A stretch of 64,000 nt of DNA. Source: Eledone cirrhosa (taxonomy: Eukaryota). This document shows positions 38,530 through 50,415 of this stretch, piece after piece. Made by a program: the position numbers and the translations under genes. The stretch covers positions 61,194,001-61,258,000 of the forward strand of contig OZ024741.1 in the NCBI GenBank assembly GCA_964016885.1, read 5' to 3'. Every line of letters begins with the position of its first letter. Position 1 is the stretch's first letter. The notes below the pieces were generated by a model. That model made no database searches. It saw nothing but the letters and a program-made list of their open reading frames with translations, and had not been told where the DNA came from.

Positions 38530-39140
38530 CCTACTCCATTAACATTAAGACTAATGTAGATGAGAATTTCTTAGATCTAATAGATAAGCATTTCCCTCCA
38601 TGAAATAGGTACAGTAAAATATTCAGTCGGCACTCTGTGAAGATAAGCTATTCCTGTGACTCTTCTATGAGATCGAAAATAACTGCTAAATACAAATCTG
38701 ATGAGAATAGAGTACTTTTCCTTTTACCTTACCATGGACTTTTTGGCTGCATATATATATATGCATACGCTCTGCTAATGCTCTAGCCCACTAAATATTA
38801 ACACTTTGAATATTTAATACTGCCGGCACTAGTATTGGCATACGCTACTTGGCAAATAACTATATGTATCACCTATCTTCCCCCTTTTTTTTTTTTTTTT
38901 CTCTCTCTCGATACGTAAATACTGTATATATATATATATATGGCAACATGAATGGACCTGTTATTTTTCTCTAAAAACATTCCCCCCCCCCTTCAATCTA
39001 TCTAATTTCCCATTCTTTCTTCTGATGAAGGACTAGCATCTGAAACGTTAAGACTCTCTTCCTGCTATTTCAAGAGTTAACTTAATATATTCCTTTCATA
39101 TACTGTACCAATTGTGCTGTTATTTCTGTTTACCTTTTAC
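38530..39140 (+). mobile_element. Naiad-like PLE remnant followed by a minimal hammerhead (39018-39053)
   Basis: FLDLIDKHFPP*NRYSKIFSRHSVKISYSC; UCUU-CUGAUGA-AGGA-CUAGCA-UCU-GAAAC-GUU-AAGA with palindromic AACGUU. Confidence 0.7.
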
Positions 39141-41154
39141 AAATATACATAAGCAGGGAAAAGCGGACGTAAAATGAGGATGATGATGATAGATATATAT
39201 ATAAGTGTATATGTATGCATATATTTTTTTTTTTTTGACAGCTTCACAATGTATACATCATAAATGTATATATTTTGTTAACCCAGCTGTGTGCAAGTTG
39301 TAAATGTATTAACTATTAGCCATAAGATGTCAAATCAGTAAATGGTGAATGTGGATAATGAAATTTCCTTGTGTATGATGAAAGCTGACGGCATAGTGAA
39401 TGCTAAGTTTTCAAATCTTTTGGTTGAGATACAGCAATGCATTGGAAGTGAATGCTATACGTGGAGTAAATAGATGGCCTGAAGAGATTTGCTGGAAACT
39501 TTGGTAACTTTATTAACTTGTCAGACTGTTGTCATGTATAGCAACATGCTTAAATATGAAAATAGTTTCAGTTTTTTATCTTTTATATATAAACACAAAT
39601 CTTAAAAAGTTGTTAGAAAACTGTAAATACCAACACTATCTTGGAGACATGTGAATACAAGTGGACAAGAGAGAAAAGGATAGTAACAGAAATATCTCTG
39701 TCTTCTGAATGGAATAATTTCACATCTTTTGTACCATTTTCTTTTATACCTTGTATAAAATAGCTGCAAGTTAAATATAAAGATGTGTGTTGGATTAGAG
39801 GTTAAAGAATTATTCTACTTGTTCACAATTCCTCATCACACAGTTCTGGCATTTGGTATCACATTATTCTTTTAGACACTAGAAACCATTTAGGCAAGGA
39901 ACCAACGGAGTTAAAGTGTAGAATAAAATGCTCTGTGGTATTAATGTCAGCTTTCAGTGCTATGACAAAATTTTGTATTATTACAATAGTACTTTACTAT
40001 AATATTAATGCCATTCTTTGTGGTAATCCAAATCTGCAAGCCAGTGGCAGTCAACATTTTCACTACCATATTTCTAATGAAAAACACTACGCATGATTCT
40101 CAAATAATCTAGAATTTGTAGGTATTTAGTAATATAACTAACTTTCTCATTATCAAGTTGAGTTTGGAACATAACTTAACAAAGGCCCTTACATAAAATT
40201 ATAATTGTTTCTACTTTAGGCACAAGGCCAGCAATTATCCAGTACATCACTGGTACTTTATTTTATCGACCCCGTAAGGATGAAAGGCAAAGTTAACCTT
40301 GGCGGGATTTGAACTCAAACCGTAAAGGGACGTAACTATGCTAGAAAGCATGGCATCCAACCCTCTACCGATACTGCCAATTCACCGCCCTTACATAAAA
40401 TTATAATTGTTTCTACTTTAGGCACAAGGCCAGCAATTACCCAGTGCATTACTGGTACTTTATTTTATCGACCCCGTAAAGATGAAAAGCAAAGTCAACC
40501 TCGGCGGGGTTTGAACTCAGATCGTAAAGGGACGTAACTATGCTGGAAACATGGCGTCCAACCCTCTACCGATACTGCCAATCCATAATGAAAGGTTTTT
40601 AGATAAATATAAACATTTCAACCCTTTCATTATCAAAATTCTAATGAAAGACATGGCTTATTATTTTCAAATCATTTTGAAAATATGCAAGAATTTTAAA
40701 AGATTTAGTGAGATAATAAACTTACTCATTGAGTTGGTGTTTGGAACATAAAGGTCCTTACACAAAATTATAATGGAAGGTTTTTTTGTTAAATAAATAT
40801 TAACAGTTTAAAACAGTTTCAAACGTAAGACCAGGGTTGTTTAAGGTGGTTTGATATTAAGAGGATTAATATGTGGTGAGCAGAGTCATTAGAGCCAAAG
40901 ATATAATGTCTTGTGGTATTTATTCTGAGTTTCTGCACTTGGAGTTAAAATCCTATGAATATCAACTTTGGCTTTCATCCTTTGGGAAGAGAAAGGGGTA
41001 ATAAAATACAGTACCAGTCAAGATGCAGAGGATTATTAAAGTATAGGAATTATTAAAGTATTGGAAAATGTGTCTTGCAGTATTATTTCTGACTCATTGT
41101 GATCTGAGTTCAAACCTTCCCTGCATGGGTGATAGATTTAATCCATCATCTGTT

Positions 41155-41383
41155 TTAACCCTTTAGCATTAAAACAGGCCACATCTGACCAGAATTCTCT
41201 CACCTCCTTCTGTTCAAACCAGTCATAACTGACCACTCATACTGACGTTAAGGTATTGTTCTCAAAATATATAGTATCAAAATCTCATGGATTCTATATT
41301 ATGTGAGATAATTATGTAAGATAAAGCTGTTTCTGTGAAAATAAAATAGTACATATAGAGTAATGTGAATGCAAAACGGTTAA
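41155..41383 (+). mobile_element. piggyBac-type MITE (copies at 43472-43700 and ~57400-57575 on -)
   Basis: TTAA-CCCTTTAGCATT ... AATGC(T)AAAGGG-TTAA-like ends; ~230-bp homologous bodies. Confidence 0.65.
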
Positions 41384-41996
41384 TGCCACCACCTAGCCCT
41401 CAGATGACTTTAGCAGAATTCACTCTGCTGTAAGCATGTGAGGCAAGTCTCTGATTTAAGGATATGTTCCTTCCTTCTTCACACAAACCTGTGAGGTCCT
41501 GAAACAAGTCATGGGCACTGCCCTTCTTTTCTTGGCTAAACAGTGAAAAGGAAGAATCAACCATGGTATTGAACTGATTTTTTTTATTGACCTCCAAAGG
41601 ATGAAATCAAAGTTGACCTCAACAAGATTTGAACCCAGAATGCAAAATGGATATCCCAAAGCATTCTATACAATTTTCTAATGACCTTTGCCATTTAATA
41701 GTTAACATTAATTAGTTATTAAAAACCACAAATTAAGAGGATTTGTCAAGATTAAAGTGTGAGCATATCTTATAAAACGTACAATATTGCTACTGATACT
41801 AACAACAGTATCATTTTTCAGTGCTTAAAGACGAGACTTGTACCAATAATAAGACCTCTGCATCAATTATGCAGTGAGCCGTGTCTCCTCAAGTCACCTA
41901 TCTATATCTAGTGAAACTGAAGCAGAGAGATAACAGATGATAAGAGCATTTCATATATTCCCCTACTGACATTGCTTTCTATGATTTTATGATAAA

Positions 41997-42910
41997 TATT
42001 GGGTTGGATACAAAGTTACCAACATTTTTCCAATTGGAGTTATTTTGGTAGAGTTTTCTGAAGATGTTGAAAGTTGTACATGTGCACATATATAAGAAGT
42101 GACATAGACAAATGCTATGTGCATTTTTCATTTTTTTGTTACACCATCAAAGGGGAAGCAACATGGATCTATCCTAATCATTTATTCATAGCTGTTTACT
42201 TTATTAAATTAAATCTGGCCTAAGTGCAGCATATTAACAATGCATTTGGTTCACACACCATATCTGAATGCAGTTCCAGGGAATGGTTTGCACACTTCTG
42301 TTCCAGTGATTACAACCTTGAAAATCGACCTCATGCAGGACATCTATCCAACTTCAATGATGAACAAATGCAGCATCGAAATCAACCATCCTTAATCACT
42401 TGTATGCAATAGGGAAGATGTCCAGCCTGAACCAATCGGTGCTCCACCATCTGACTGATCATAATCGTGAATGTCAAGTGGCAACTATGACATCTCTGTT
42501 CTCCTACCATTGCACAGTCTACTGGTTACACTTCATTGTCACTGGTGATGAAAAGTGGTGTCTCTACATTAATGTCAAATACAAGCAATCATGGCTCGAT
42601 AAAGAGAGTGTGCCACAGTGGAAAGCAAAGGCTGGCCTCCCCCCCCCCCCCCTTGCAAGGCTTTACTTTGTATCTGGTCGAACTGGAAAGGTGTCATTTG
42701 AACCAGCATAACCTCTGATGTCTATTGCCAACAACTTGGGAGATTAGCGGTGAAAATTGCACAGGTGCAGTCACACAATAGACCTATTCAATTCCTTCAT
42801 GATAACATCAGCTGCATACATCAAGGATGATCTGTGAGAAGCTGCTGGAGATAGTTTGATAAGTTCTGACTAACCTGCCATATTTGCCCAAACTCGCACC
42901 TACAGACTAT
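41997..42910 (+). mobile_element. Mariner transposon fossil
   Basis: Left end TATTGGGTTGG..AAAGTT; INNAFG..EWFAHF..LENRPHAG; IVTGDEKWCLY; FLHDN; PY.PKLAPTDY. Confidence 0.85.
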
Positions 42911-44263
42911 ATAAGAACCTTTTGTTAAATTATGTTATAAATAACATTTTATTAAGGAAAAAATGAATACTTACATAAATGTTTGTAGGAGAATTTTAAT
43001 TTAAATAGGAATCTTTTTAAAATGGATGGTTTTGATCCATAGAAACATAGCAGGTTGGTATAAAAATGGTTAAAATAAACCTAGCAGGGGTAAACATTTT
43101 AGTCAGCAGGAAAAAAGACAGGATTCTACTGCTGTCTATAAAGTGATCATGCTTGATAAGCAGAAAAGGAGTAGGTAGGAATGCCAAATGTTGAACACAA
43201 TGTAAAATATGGATACACAAGGGATGCAGTGAAATCATAGGCAGGAGAGTTCTTCTGAACTTTGTATGTAGTTGATGTACAGGAATAGTTAGCAGAGAAC
43301 TGGGACAAATATCATAAGATATTCTATTTGATGTCTTAACAACTCAGCCAATTTGTTGTTGTGCATGTGTGTTGGACTTCCATCAGATATGTGTTCTATT
43401 TGTTTGATCAACAGAACTTGCATATGAGATGAACATGCAATGGGCAGAGCATTCCACAGACACATATGCCATTAACCCTTTAGCATTTATACCAGCTATA
43501 TCCAGCCAAAATTCTTGCACCTCTTTCTGTTCAAACCGGCCATAACTGGCCACTCATATCGATGTTAAGGTATTGCTCTCAAACTAAATAGTAACAAAAT
43601 CTCATAGATTCAATATTATGTGAGATAATTATGTGAGGTAAAACATTTACTGTGAAAATACAATAGTAAATATAAAGTAATGTAAATGCTGAAGGGTGAA
43701 GATAATTTTCAAAGAAAATCAGTGTGACATTGTATGTGACAAGGCTGGACCTTGGAATTACAAGTACAAATAATTTTTCTAAGCTGAGCAATGTGAAATA
43801 ATGTGACTTGCTCTAAGGACACAACACACTATATAGGGAATCGAATTCATTGCCTTATGGTGAGCTGAACATCCTAACCATCAAGCCACATGTCTTAACA
43901 AACCATATACAGATAAAACATGAAACACATCAACTATTGACGTGAACCCAATAAATTTTAGAAAAACAAATTATATTTATTAAGGAAAACCAATTGTAAA
44001 ATACCCTAACCAACTATAACAACAACCCTTTCCCTCCCCACAAGCAATTTAGAAATATAAATGATATAAAAATGAATATTTATGTCAATTAAATGAACAA
44101 CTGGAGAGATATATCTTATTATTGCATCATAATAATTATAATTTTCATATTTATGGTTTATATATATATATATATGACTGGGGTTGTATATAGAATCATA
44201 TATGAAATGTTTATGTAAATAATCATTTTTATAGTTTCACTATCAATCACTTCATCTTAAATA

Positions 44264-45517
44264 TGAAATTTGTCCCAAAAGTAAGAGTATTGATTTTTCC
44301 TATGTATGACATGGTAATGCAGTACCTCATTGATGTATGTGTGTTGGTTATGATCTTGTCTGCACGTTCATACTTGCCTCAATATGATCGATTGTGTCTG
44401 TCATGAATTATTGCTATTTATGTACAGAAGTGTTTATCACCTCTGTTACATTTACAATGCAGGAAAATATCAAACAACAGTATGCAATCAAATTTTGTGT
44501 GAAACTCAACAAATCTGCCACGAAAACATTTAATTCTTTAACACAAGCTTATGGAGATGCCACTCTATTGTGAAGGTGTTTGAGTGGCACATAGCTTTCA
44601 AAGAAAATCTGAAGACAAACTGCATTCTGGAAGGACACACTCATCAACAAATGAACAAAATGTGGAAGTGGTGTGAGCGGTGATGGCAAGAGACCACTGA
44701 TTAAGTGTTAGGATGATTGCAGAAGAAACGGGCTTGGATAATAATGCAGTTCACAGAATGTTAACAAAACATATGCACATGCAAAAAATTTGTGCAAAAC
44801 TAGTGCCCAAACACTTGTCTACAGAGCAAAAAGTGAACCGGGTGGAAATTTGTTAGGATTTGCTAGAAAGTCTTGAAATTGAATCAAATTTCTTGGATAA
44901 AGTAATAACAAGAGATGTTCAAGTACAATCCAGAGACAAATTGGCAGAGTGAGGAATGGCACACAAAAAAATTATCCTCAACCAAAGAAAGCACACGGGC
45001 AGATCCAGGTTGAAAGCGATGTTATCATTTTTTTGACAGCTGTAGTATTGTTCACAAAATATTTTTACCTTCAAGACAGAGAGTTAATTGTACCTTCTAC
45101 AGAGATATCTTGGAACAATGAAAACAGGTCCAGCGAGTCCAAAAGGACATTGCAGGAGATTGGGTACTGCACCACAGTAATGTGCCTGCTCACACACCAC
45201 TTTTAATTAGAGAATATCTGGCAAAGAAAAACATCCCCTCTCTTCCACAACCTCCTTACAACCCAGATCTAGTTCTGTATGAATTCTACTTCTTCCTTAG
45301 GTTGAAATCAAAGTTGAAGGGTCACCATTTTGGGACTGTAAAAAACATAAAATTGTGTAACCAACAAGCTAAGGACACTCACAGAAAATGTCTTTCTGTC
45401 CTGCTATGATCAATAAAAAACGTTGGAACCACTGTGGTACTTCCCAAGAGTAGTATTTTAAAGACGATAACTTGTACATAAAACATGAGTACTCTCTTAC
45501 TGTTGGGACAGACCTCA
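44264..45517 (+). mobile_element. Full-length mariner fossil with TIRs and TA flanks; disrupted transposase from 44456
   Basis: TA-TGAAATTTGTCCCAAAAGTAAGAG / CTCTTACTGTTGGGACAGACCTCA-TA; MQENIKQQYAIKFCVKL..LVPKHL..VITRD..PAHT..PQPPYNPDL..FFLRLKSKLKG. Confidence 0.9.
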
Positions 45518-45557
45518 TATATACATACATTCATATATATGGAAAGAGATGGGTGAT

Positions 45558-45761
45558 GTGTTGGTGTAATGGTAGCACAGTTGTCTGGATAACCAAAGAT
45601 GTGGGTTCGACTCCCATGTACGTCAATACTCATCTTTTTCCATTTTTCTGAGGGTTCTAAACCCCATTATCAGAGTAAAATTTCTTTAGTCAAAAATACG
45701 ATGAAAGCTATTCTATTTTCTAATTTCAAACCTGCTCACTGTTTCAAAACATACTTACTTG

Positions 45762-45762
<1 letters not shown>
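45558..45762 (+). mobile_element. tRNA-derived SINE
   Basis: A box TGGTGTAATGG, B box GGTTCGACTCC, unique ~140-bp body ending at (TA)n. Confidence 0.7.
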
Positions 45763-45799
<37 letters not shown>

Positions 45800-45908
45800 A
45801 ATTAGTATATCTACCAACATATATATACAGATGCATACCTATGCTAGCAATTATTTTTGTATAAGTTCCCTGTGTCCACGCATTGCCTGGGAACTTAGCT
45901 GAGAATAG

Positions 45909-45991
45909 ACTCCCTGATGACGATTGGATTTTCTCCGTGGTTCCATTCCGAAACCATGTTTATTCCCTTTCAGAAACTAATTAGTTGGAGT
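45909..45991 (+). ncRNA. Type I hammerhead ribozyme, copy 1
   Basis: ACUCC-CUGAUGA-[stem II]-GAAAC-UAAUUA-GUU-GGAGU; stem III palindrome AACUAAUUAGUU. Confidence 0.75.
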
Positions 45992-46438
45992 AAAGTTTTA
46001 GTAAGTAAGTTAATTTTTATAATTTTCTTATTTTACGTCTTTCATATAATTGTTCTGCATCCCCTTGCATTGAACCACAAAGTTACTAAGACAAAACCTA
46101 TATATTTGCTAGCATAGGTATGCATCTGTATATATATGTTGGTAGATATACTAATTCTTTATAATTATCTCCAAATTATTTGTTGAGCAAAATTTTGCCA
46201 AAACTACTGCTATGGTTCATAGTAATAGTCAGGCTCCTGTCTTATTAGCACCCCACTCCTCACTGATTAACCTCAATGTCACGTGATTGATTCTTTTGAA
46301 TTTGCCACCGACCAAGTAGGCAGTGATTTTTTTCAATGTCCTGGAATTTAGTCCTCGCTCGCTTTTTTCCATCCACTGAATTATTTTTGTATAAGTTCCC
46401 TGTGTCCATGCATTGTCTGGGAACTTAGCTGAGAATAG

Positions 46439-46521
46439 ACTTCCTGATGACGATTGGATTTTCTTCGTGGTTCCATTCCGAAACCATGTTTTTTCCCTTT
46501 CAGAAACTAATTAGTTGGAGT
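46439..46521 (+). ncRNA. Type I hammerhead ribozyme, copy 2
   Basis: ACUUC-CUGAUGA-[stem II]-GAAAC-UAAUUA-GUU-GGAGU; the stem I change keeps pairing (U-G). Confidence 0.75.
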
Positions 46522-46565
46522 GAAATTTTAGTAAGTTAATTTTTATAATTTTCTTATTTTACGTC

Positions 46566-46608
<43 letters not shown>

Positions 46609-47089
46609 GCACATGGCTTAGTGGTTAGAGCATTGGCCTTGCAATCAAAAGGTTGTGAGTGGGGTCCCTATCATTCCACTGCAAAGTGGACGTGGAGGCG
46701 CCACACCAAAAAAGCACCCAGCACTCACTGTAAATGAGGTTGGTGTTAGGAAGGGCACCCAGCTGTAGAAATCAAGCCAAAATCAGTTCCCACCCTTGCA
46801 AGCAGTAAAAAGCGGACATAAAATGATGATGATGATGATGATATACAATCTTCATACTACTTATCTAAATATATGCTTATTTACTTGTCTAAAATGTGCA
46901 TAAATAAATAGGAAGAAAATGGATACGAAATAACAATAATGATGAAACAAATAAAATGAATAATTATATATAAATATAAATAAATAATTTCGAAAATTAT
47001 ATGTCTAAATAAATAATAAATAAGTAAATAATTATAAATATATAGATAATAGATAATAAAATGAATAATCAAACAAGTATACGGAAACT

Positions 47090-47428
47090 TGCATGGCTTA
47101 GTGGTTAGAGTATTGTGTTTGCAATTGTGAGGTTGGGAGTTTGATTTCTGGACCGGGTGATGCATTGTGTCCATGAGTAAGACATTTTATTTCATGTTGC
47201 TCCAATTCACTCAGCTGTAGAAATGAGATGAGATGTCAATGGTGCTAAGCTGTATTGGCCTTAGCCTTTCCCTTGGACAACAGTGAAGTGGAGAAAGGAG
47301 GCTGGTATGCATGGGTGACTGTTGGTCTTCCACAAACAACCTTGGCCAGACTTGTGTCTCAGAGAACTTTCTAGTTGTAAATCCCATAGCCATTCTTGGC
47401 TGAAGGGAGTCTTTACCCTTTACCCTTT
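47090..47428 (+). mobile_element. tRNA-derived SINE with CORE/V-like domain and (TTTACCC)n tail
   Basis: TGGCTTAGTGGTTAGAG head, GAGTTTGATTTC, TGTGTCCATGAGTAAGACATTTTAT..CACTCAGCTG. Confidence 0.65.
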
Positions 47429-48529
47429 ATATGCCTAAATAAAAGCACCAGGATTTCTGGGTGGTTAAGGCATTCACATTAAAGTCATGCTGTCATGGTT
47501 GGTGATAGGAAGGGCATCCAGCTGTAGAAAACTGATCAAACAAAGATGTGTGAGGACCATCCATTTGTGTCAAGGACATGACAACCTCTCTTGTGGTGGT
47601 GCACTGGGTAGAACATGAGACCATATGTACAATACATGCAGTTCTCCGGCTTCTGTGGGAGGTCAGTAGCCTCGCTTCAGTATCAACTTGGGCTATGAAG
47701 ACCCATCCAACCCTTGCTAATAGGGAAAGTGGGCATTAAAGAAGGATGATATTGATATATATATATAGAGAGAGAGAGAGGGGGATAAATAGATACAGTG
47801 TGAGAGGGAGTAATTAAAAATAAGAAAAGAACAATCTTCAATTTGTTTTCATTAATTTAATAATATATTTCCTCCTCCCACATTCTCTCTCTCCCTCCAA
47901 ACAAATATTAGAGTCTTCATTAGTCTTTATTGGTTGATGTTCACCTTATTGCCATTTAATAGATGTCATTGACACTTCCTGTTACAGTATTAAGTAGAAA
48001 ATAATAGATAATAATAACCCTTAGATAAATCGACCAGATATCTTATCTATAATTCATAATTGTTCATTTTCATTTTATTATTCATATTATTATTAACCCC
48101 CAGGACTTATAAATATATACCACATATAGAAAAGCAACACTGTTAAGCACTGCAGATTTATTACGTAAATTACCTCAGGACTTGCAAATATATATAATAT
48201 ACAGAAAATAGCACAAGGCAGTGCACACATATTACATAGAGTACTCCAGAATATAGAAATGTATAAAACATACAGAAAATAGAACTACTAGGCATTTCAC
48301 ACATATTACATAGAGTACCAGTAATTTTAGGAGGAAAGAAAAGTTAATTATATTAATCCCAGTACTGAAGCGGATCCTTATTTTATCAACCCTGGAAGAA
48401 TGAAAGAAAAATTTAACCTCGAATTGATTTAAACTCAGAAAGTAAAGAGTTAGTAACTAGATGCCTGAAAGCACTTGGTCTGACATTGTAATGATTGTCA
48501 ACTCACCACCATAATAATAATAATAATAA

Positions 48530-48830
48530 TAATGATACCGGTCGTCGATGGTGCCTTAGGGGGGATCATAAAGAATTTTGATAAATTGCTAGAAAAAGTA
48601 GAAATGTTACAGAAACCTTATATGCTTGGAACAGCTAAGATAATATAAAAGGTATTGGATATAAACTGAAAAGAAGGAAACAACATGATGTTACTTAAGA
48701 CCACTGGATATGATCCACCATCTTGACTAAACTAGGAATTAAGATCAATCCTGAGGGAGGACATAATTGAAGGTGCTAACTCAGTCCAGTGGCTGTGGAC
48801 AGCTGCCACCAGAATTACATCACCAGCAAC
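48530..48830 (+). mobile_element. Short 3' fragment of a Dong/R4-like LINE next to (TAA)n
   Basis: IPVVDGALG..MLQKPYMLGTAKII*KVL. Confidence 0.55.
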
Positions 48831-49164
48831 AAATGCTCTATAACAAGCAGATAATAATAATTGTTTCTAGTTTATGCACAAGGCCAGCAATTATGCCAGT
48901 GCATTACTGGTACTTTATTTTATCGACCTCGGCGGGATTCCAACTCAGACCGTAAAGGGCCGTAACTATATACTGCAAAGCATGCCATCCTACCCTCTAC
49001 CGATTCTACCAATCCAAGCAGATAATAATAATTGTTTCTACTTTTGGCACAAGGCCAGCAATTACCCCGGAAGGAAGAAAGGCAAAGTTAACCTCGGCGG
49101 GATTTGAACATGGAATGGGAAGGCTCATAACTCTATGCCGCAAAGCATGTTGTCTGACGCTCTA

Positions 49165-50415
49165 TAATAATAAAAACATGAAGGGAGCCAGTAAAAAGAT
49201 GAGCAATTGGAAATCTCTGGAACTAGATGGAGTTCAAGGCTACTGGATCAAAAGATTTAGTTAATGCCATGAACGCTGATCAAGTTGGTACCAGAGTGGC
49301 TGACAAAGGGAAGGAGAGGTTTGTGCTTAAAACATATCACTAAAGGGACTGCAGTAGACAACTACAGACCGATAACATGCTTATGTGGAAATTATTAACT
49401 GAAGTAATCACAGAATCAATGTTCTACCAGATGAGCACTCTTGGATTATGGAATGCATTAATTTATTTGGTATTGCATCAATTGTTGAGTGATTCTTAAG
49501 GAAAAGTATGAAAGAGTGGAAGACTGAACTGACAGTATATGGAAGAGATTTAGGAACAATATAAATCAAGAGAGCTATATTCCAAGAGGGCAGCTTGTCA
49601 CCATGATGTTTGTACTGTGCATGATACCACTGACAATGATCTTGAGAAAAGCTAGGTATGAATTCAAAGATCGCCAGTAAAAGGTCAACCACTTGTTATT
49701 CATGGACAGCCTCAAGCTTTATGGTAAGAATGAACCCCAGCTCGGTTCCCACGTTATATATAAATTTAGTGCTGACATCAGAATGGAGTTTGGATTGAAA
49801 AAGTGTGGTGCATTAATCATGAACAGAGGCAAAATTAAAAGCATTGAAGGGCTGGGGCTGCCATTAGGAAAAGTTATGAAGCAAATAGAAGAGGAAGGTT
49901 ATAAGTACTTAGGGATATTGGAAGTTAATAAGATAATTCTGATGCTGCTAAGACCCTGTGGGACTTTGTGATACAGTGTGACCATGAAATTGAACAAAGG
50001 AGACCAGATATTGTATTAATTCAGAAAGAAAGCAAATAGTGTTGGAACATAGATATAGCTTGTCCAGTTGATAACAAGGTATGTGATAAAAAAAAAATAT
50101 TGATAGGTATGTCAGGTTAACTTGGGAGATTAAGTAGTTGTGTCACTGGAAAAGGTGGTGGTAATACCAATAATTTTTGGAGTCTTGGGAACAGTGAGTA
50201 GAGATCTTGAGAAGAACATCAAACAATTCGGAATTACAATACAGATGGAACACTTACAAAAAACAGCATTGCTTGGAAGCTTGAATTTTCCTGAGGGTAC
50301 TCAAAAAATAAGAGGTGTCACCTAAGTTCACTGGTAGTGAACAGCTAACACATCTCCATTATAAGCTAATACATCTCCATCATGAGAAGCTGAGCAAAGA
50401 AACAATAATAATAAT
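49165..50415 (+). mobile_element. Dong/R4-clade RLE LINE, internally deleted and degenerate
   Basis: NWKS..DGVQGYWIK; PEWLTKGR; NYRPITC; IFQEGSLSP; HLLFMDSLKLYG; DIRMEFGLKKC; YKYLGILE; LWDF..RRPDIV; IDIACP; LQKTALLGS; (TAA)n at both ends. Confidence 0.85.

Larger units (their letters stand above)
45795..46572 (+). mobile_element. Non-coding HHR element: 530-nt unit, ~1.36 units, two hammerheads, short 5' inversion (retrozyme-like)
   Basis: Direct repeat 45849-46047 / 46379-46572; 45795-45850 is the reverse complement of 46107-46162; (TA)n on both sides. Confidence 0.9.

Noticed and set aside
45558-45620. tRNA gene
   Set aside because: Has A/B boxes but no convincing acceptor stem and continues into a repeated body, so it is a SINE head.
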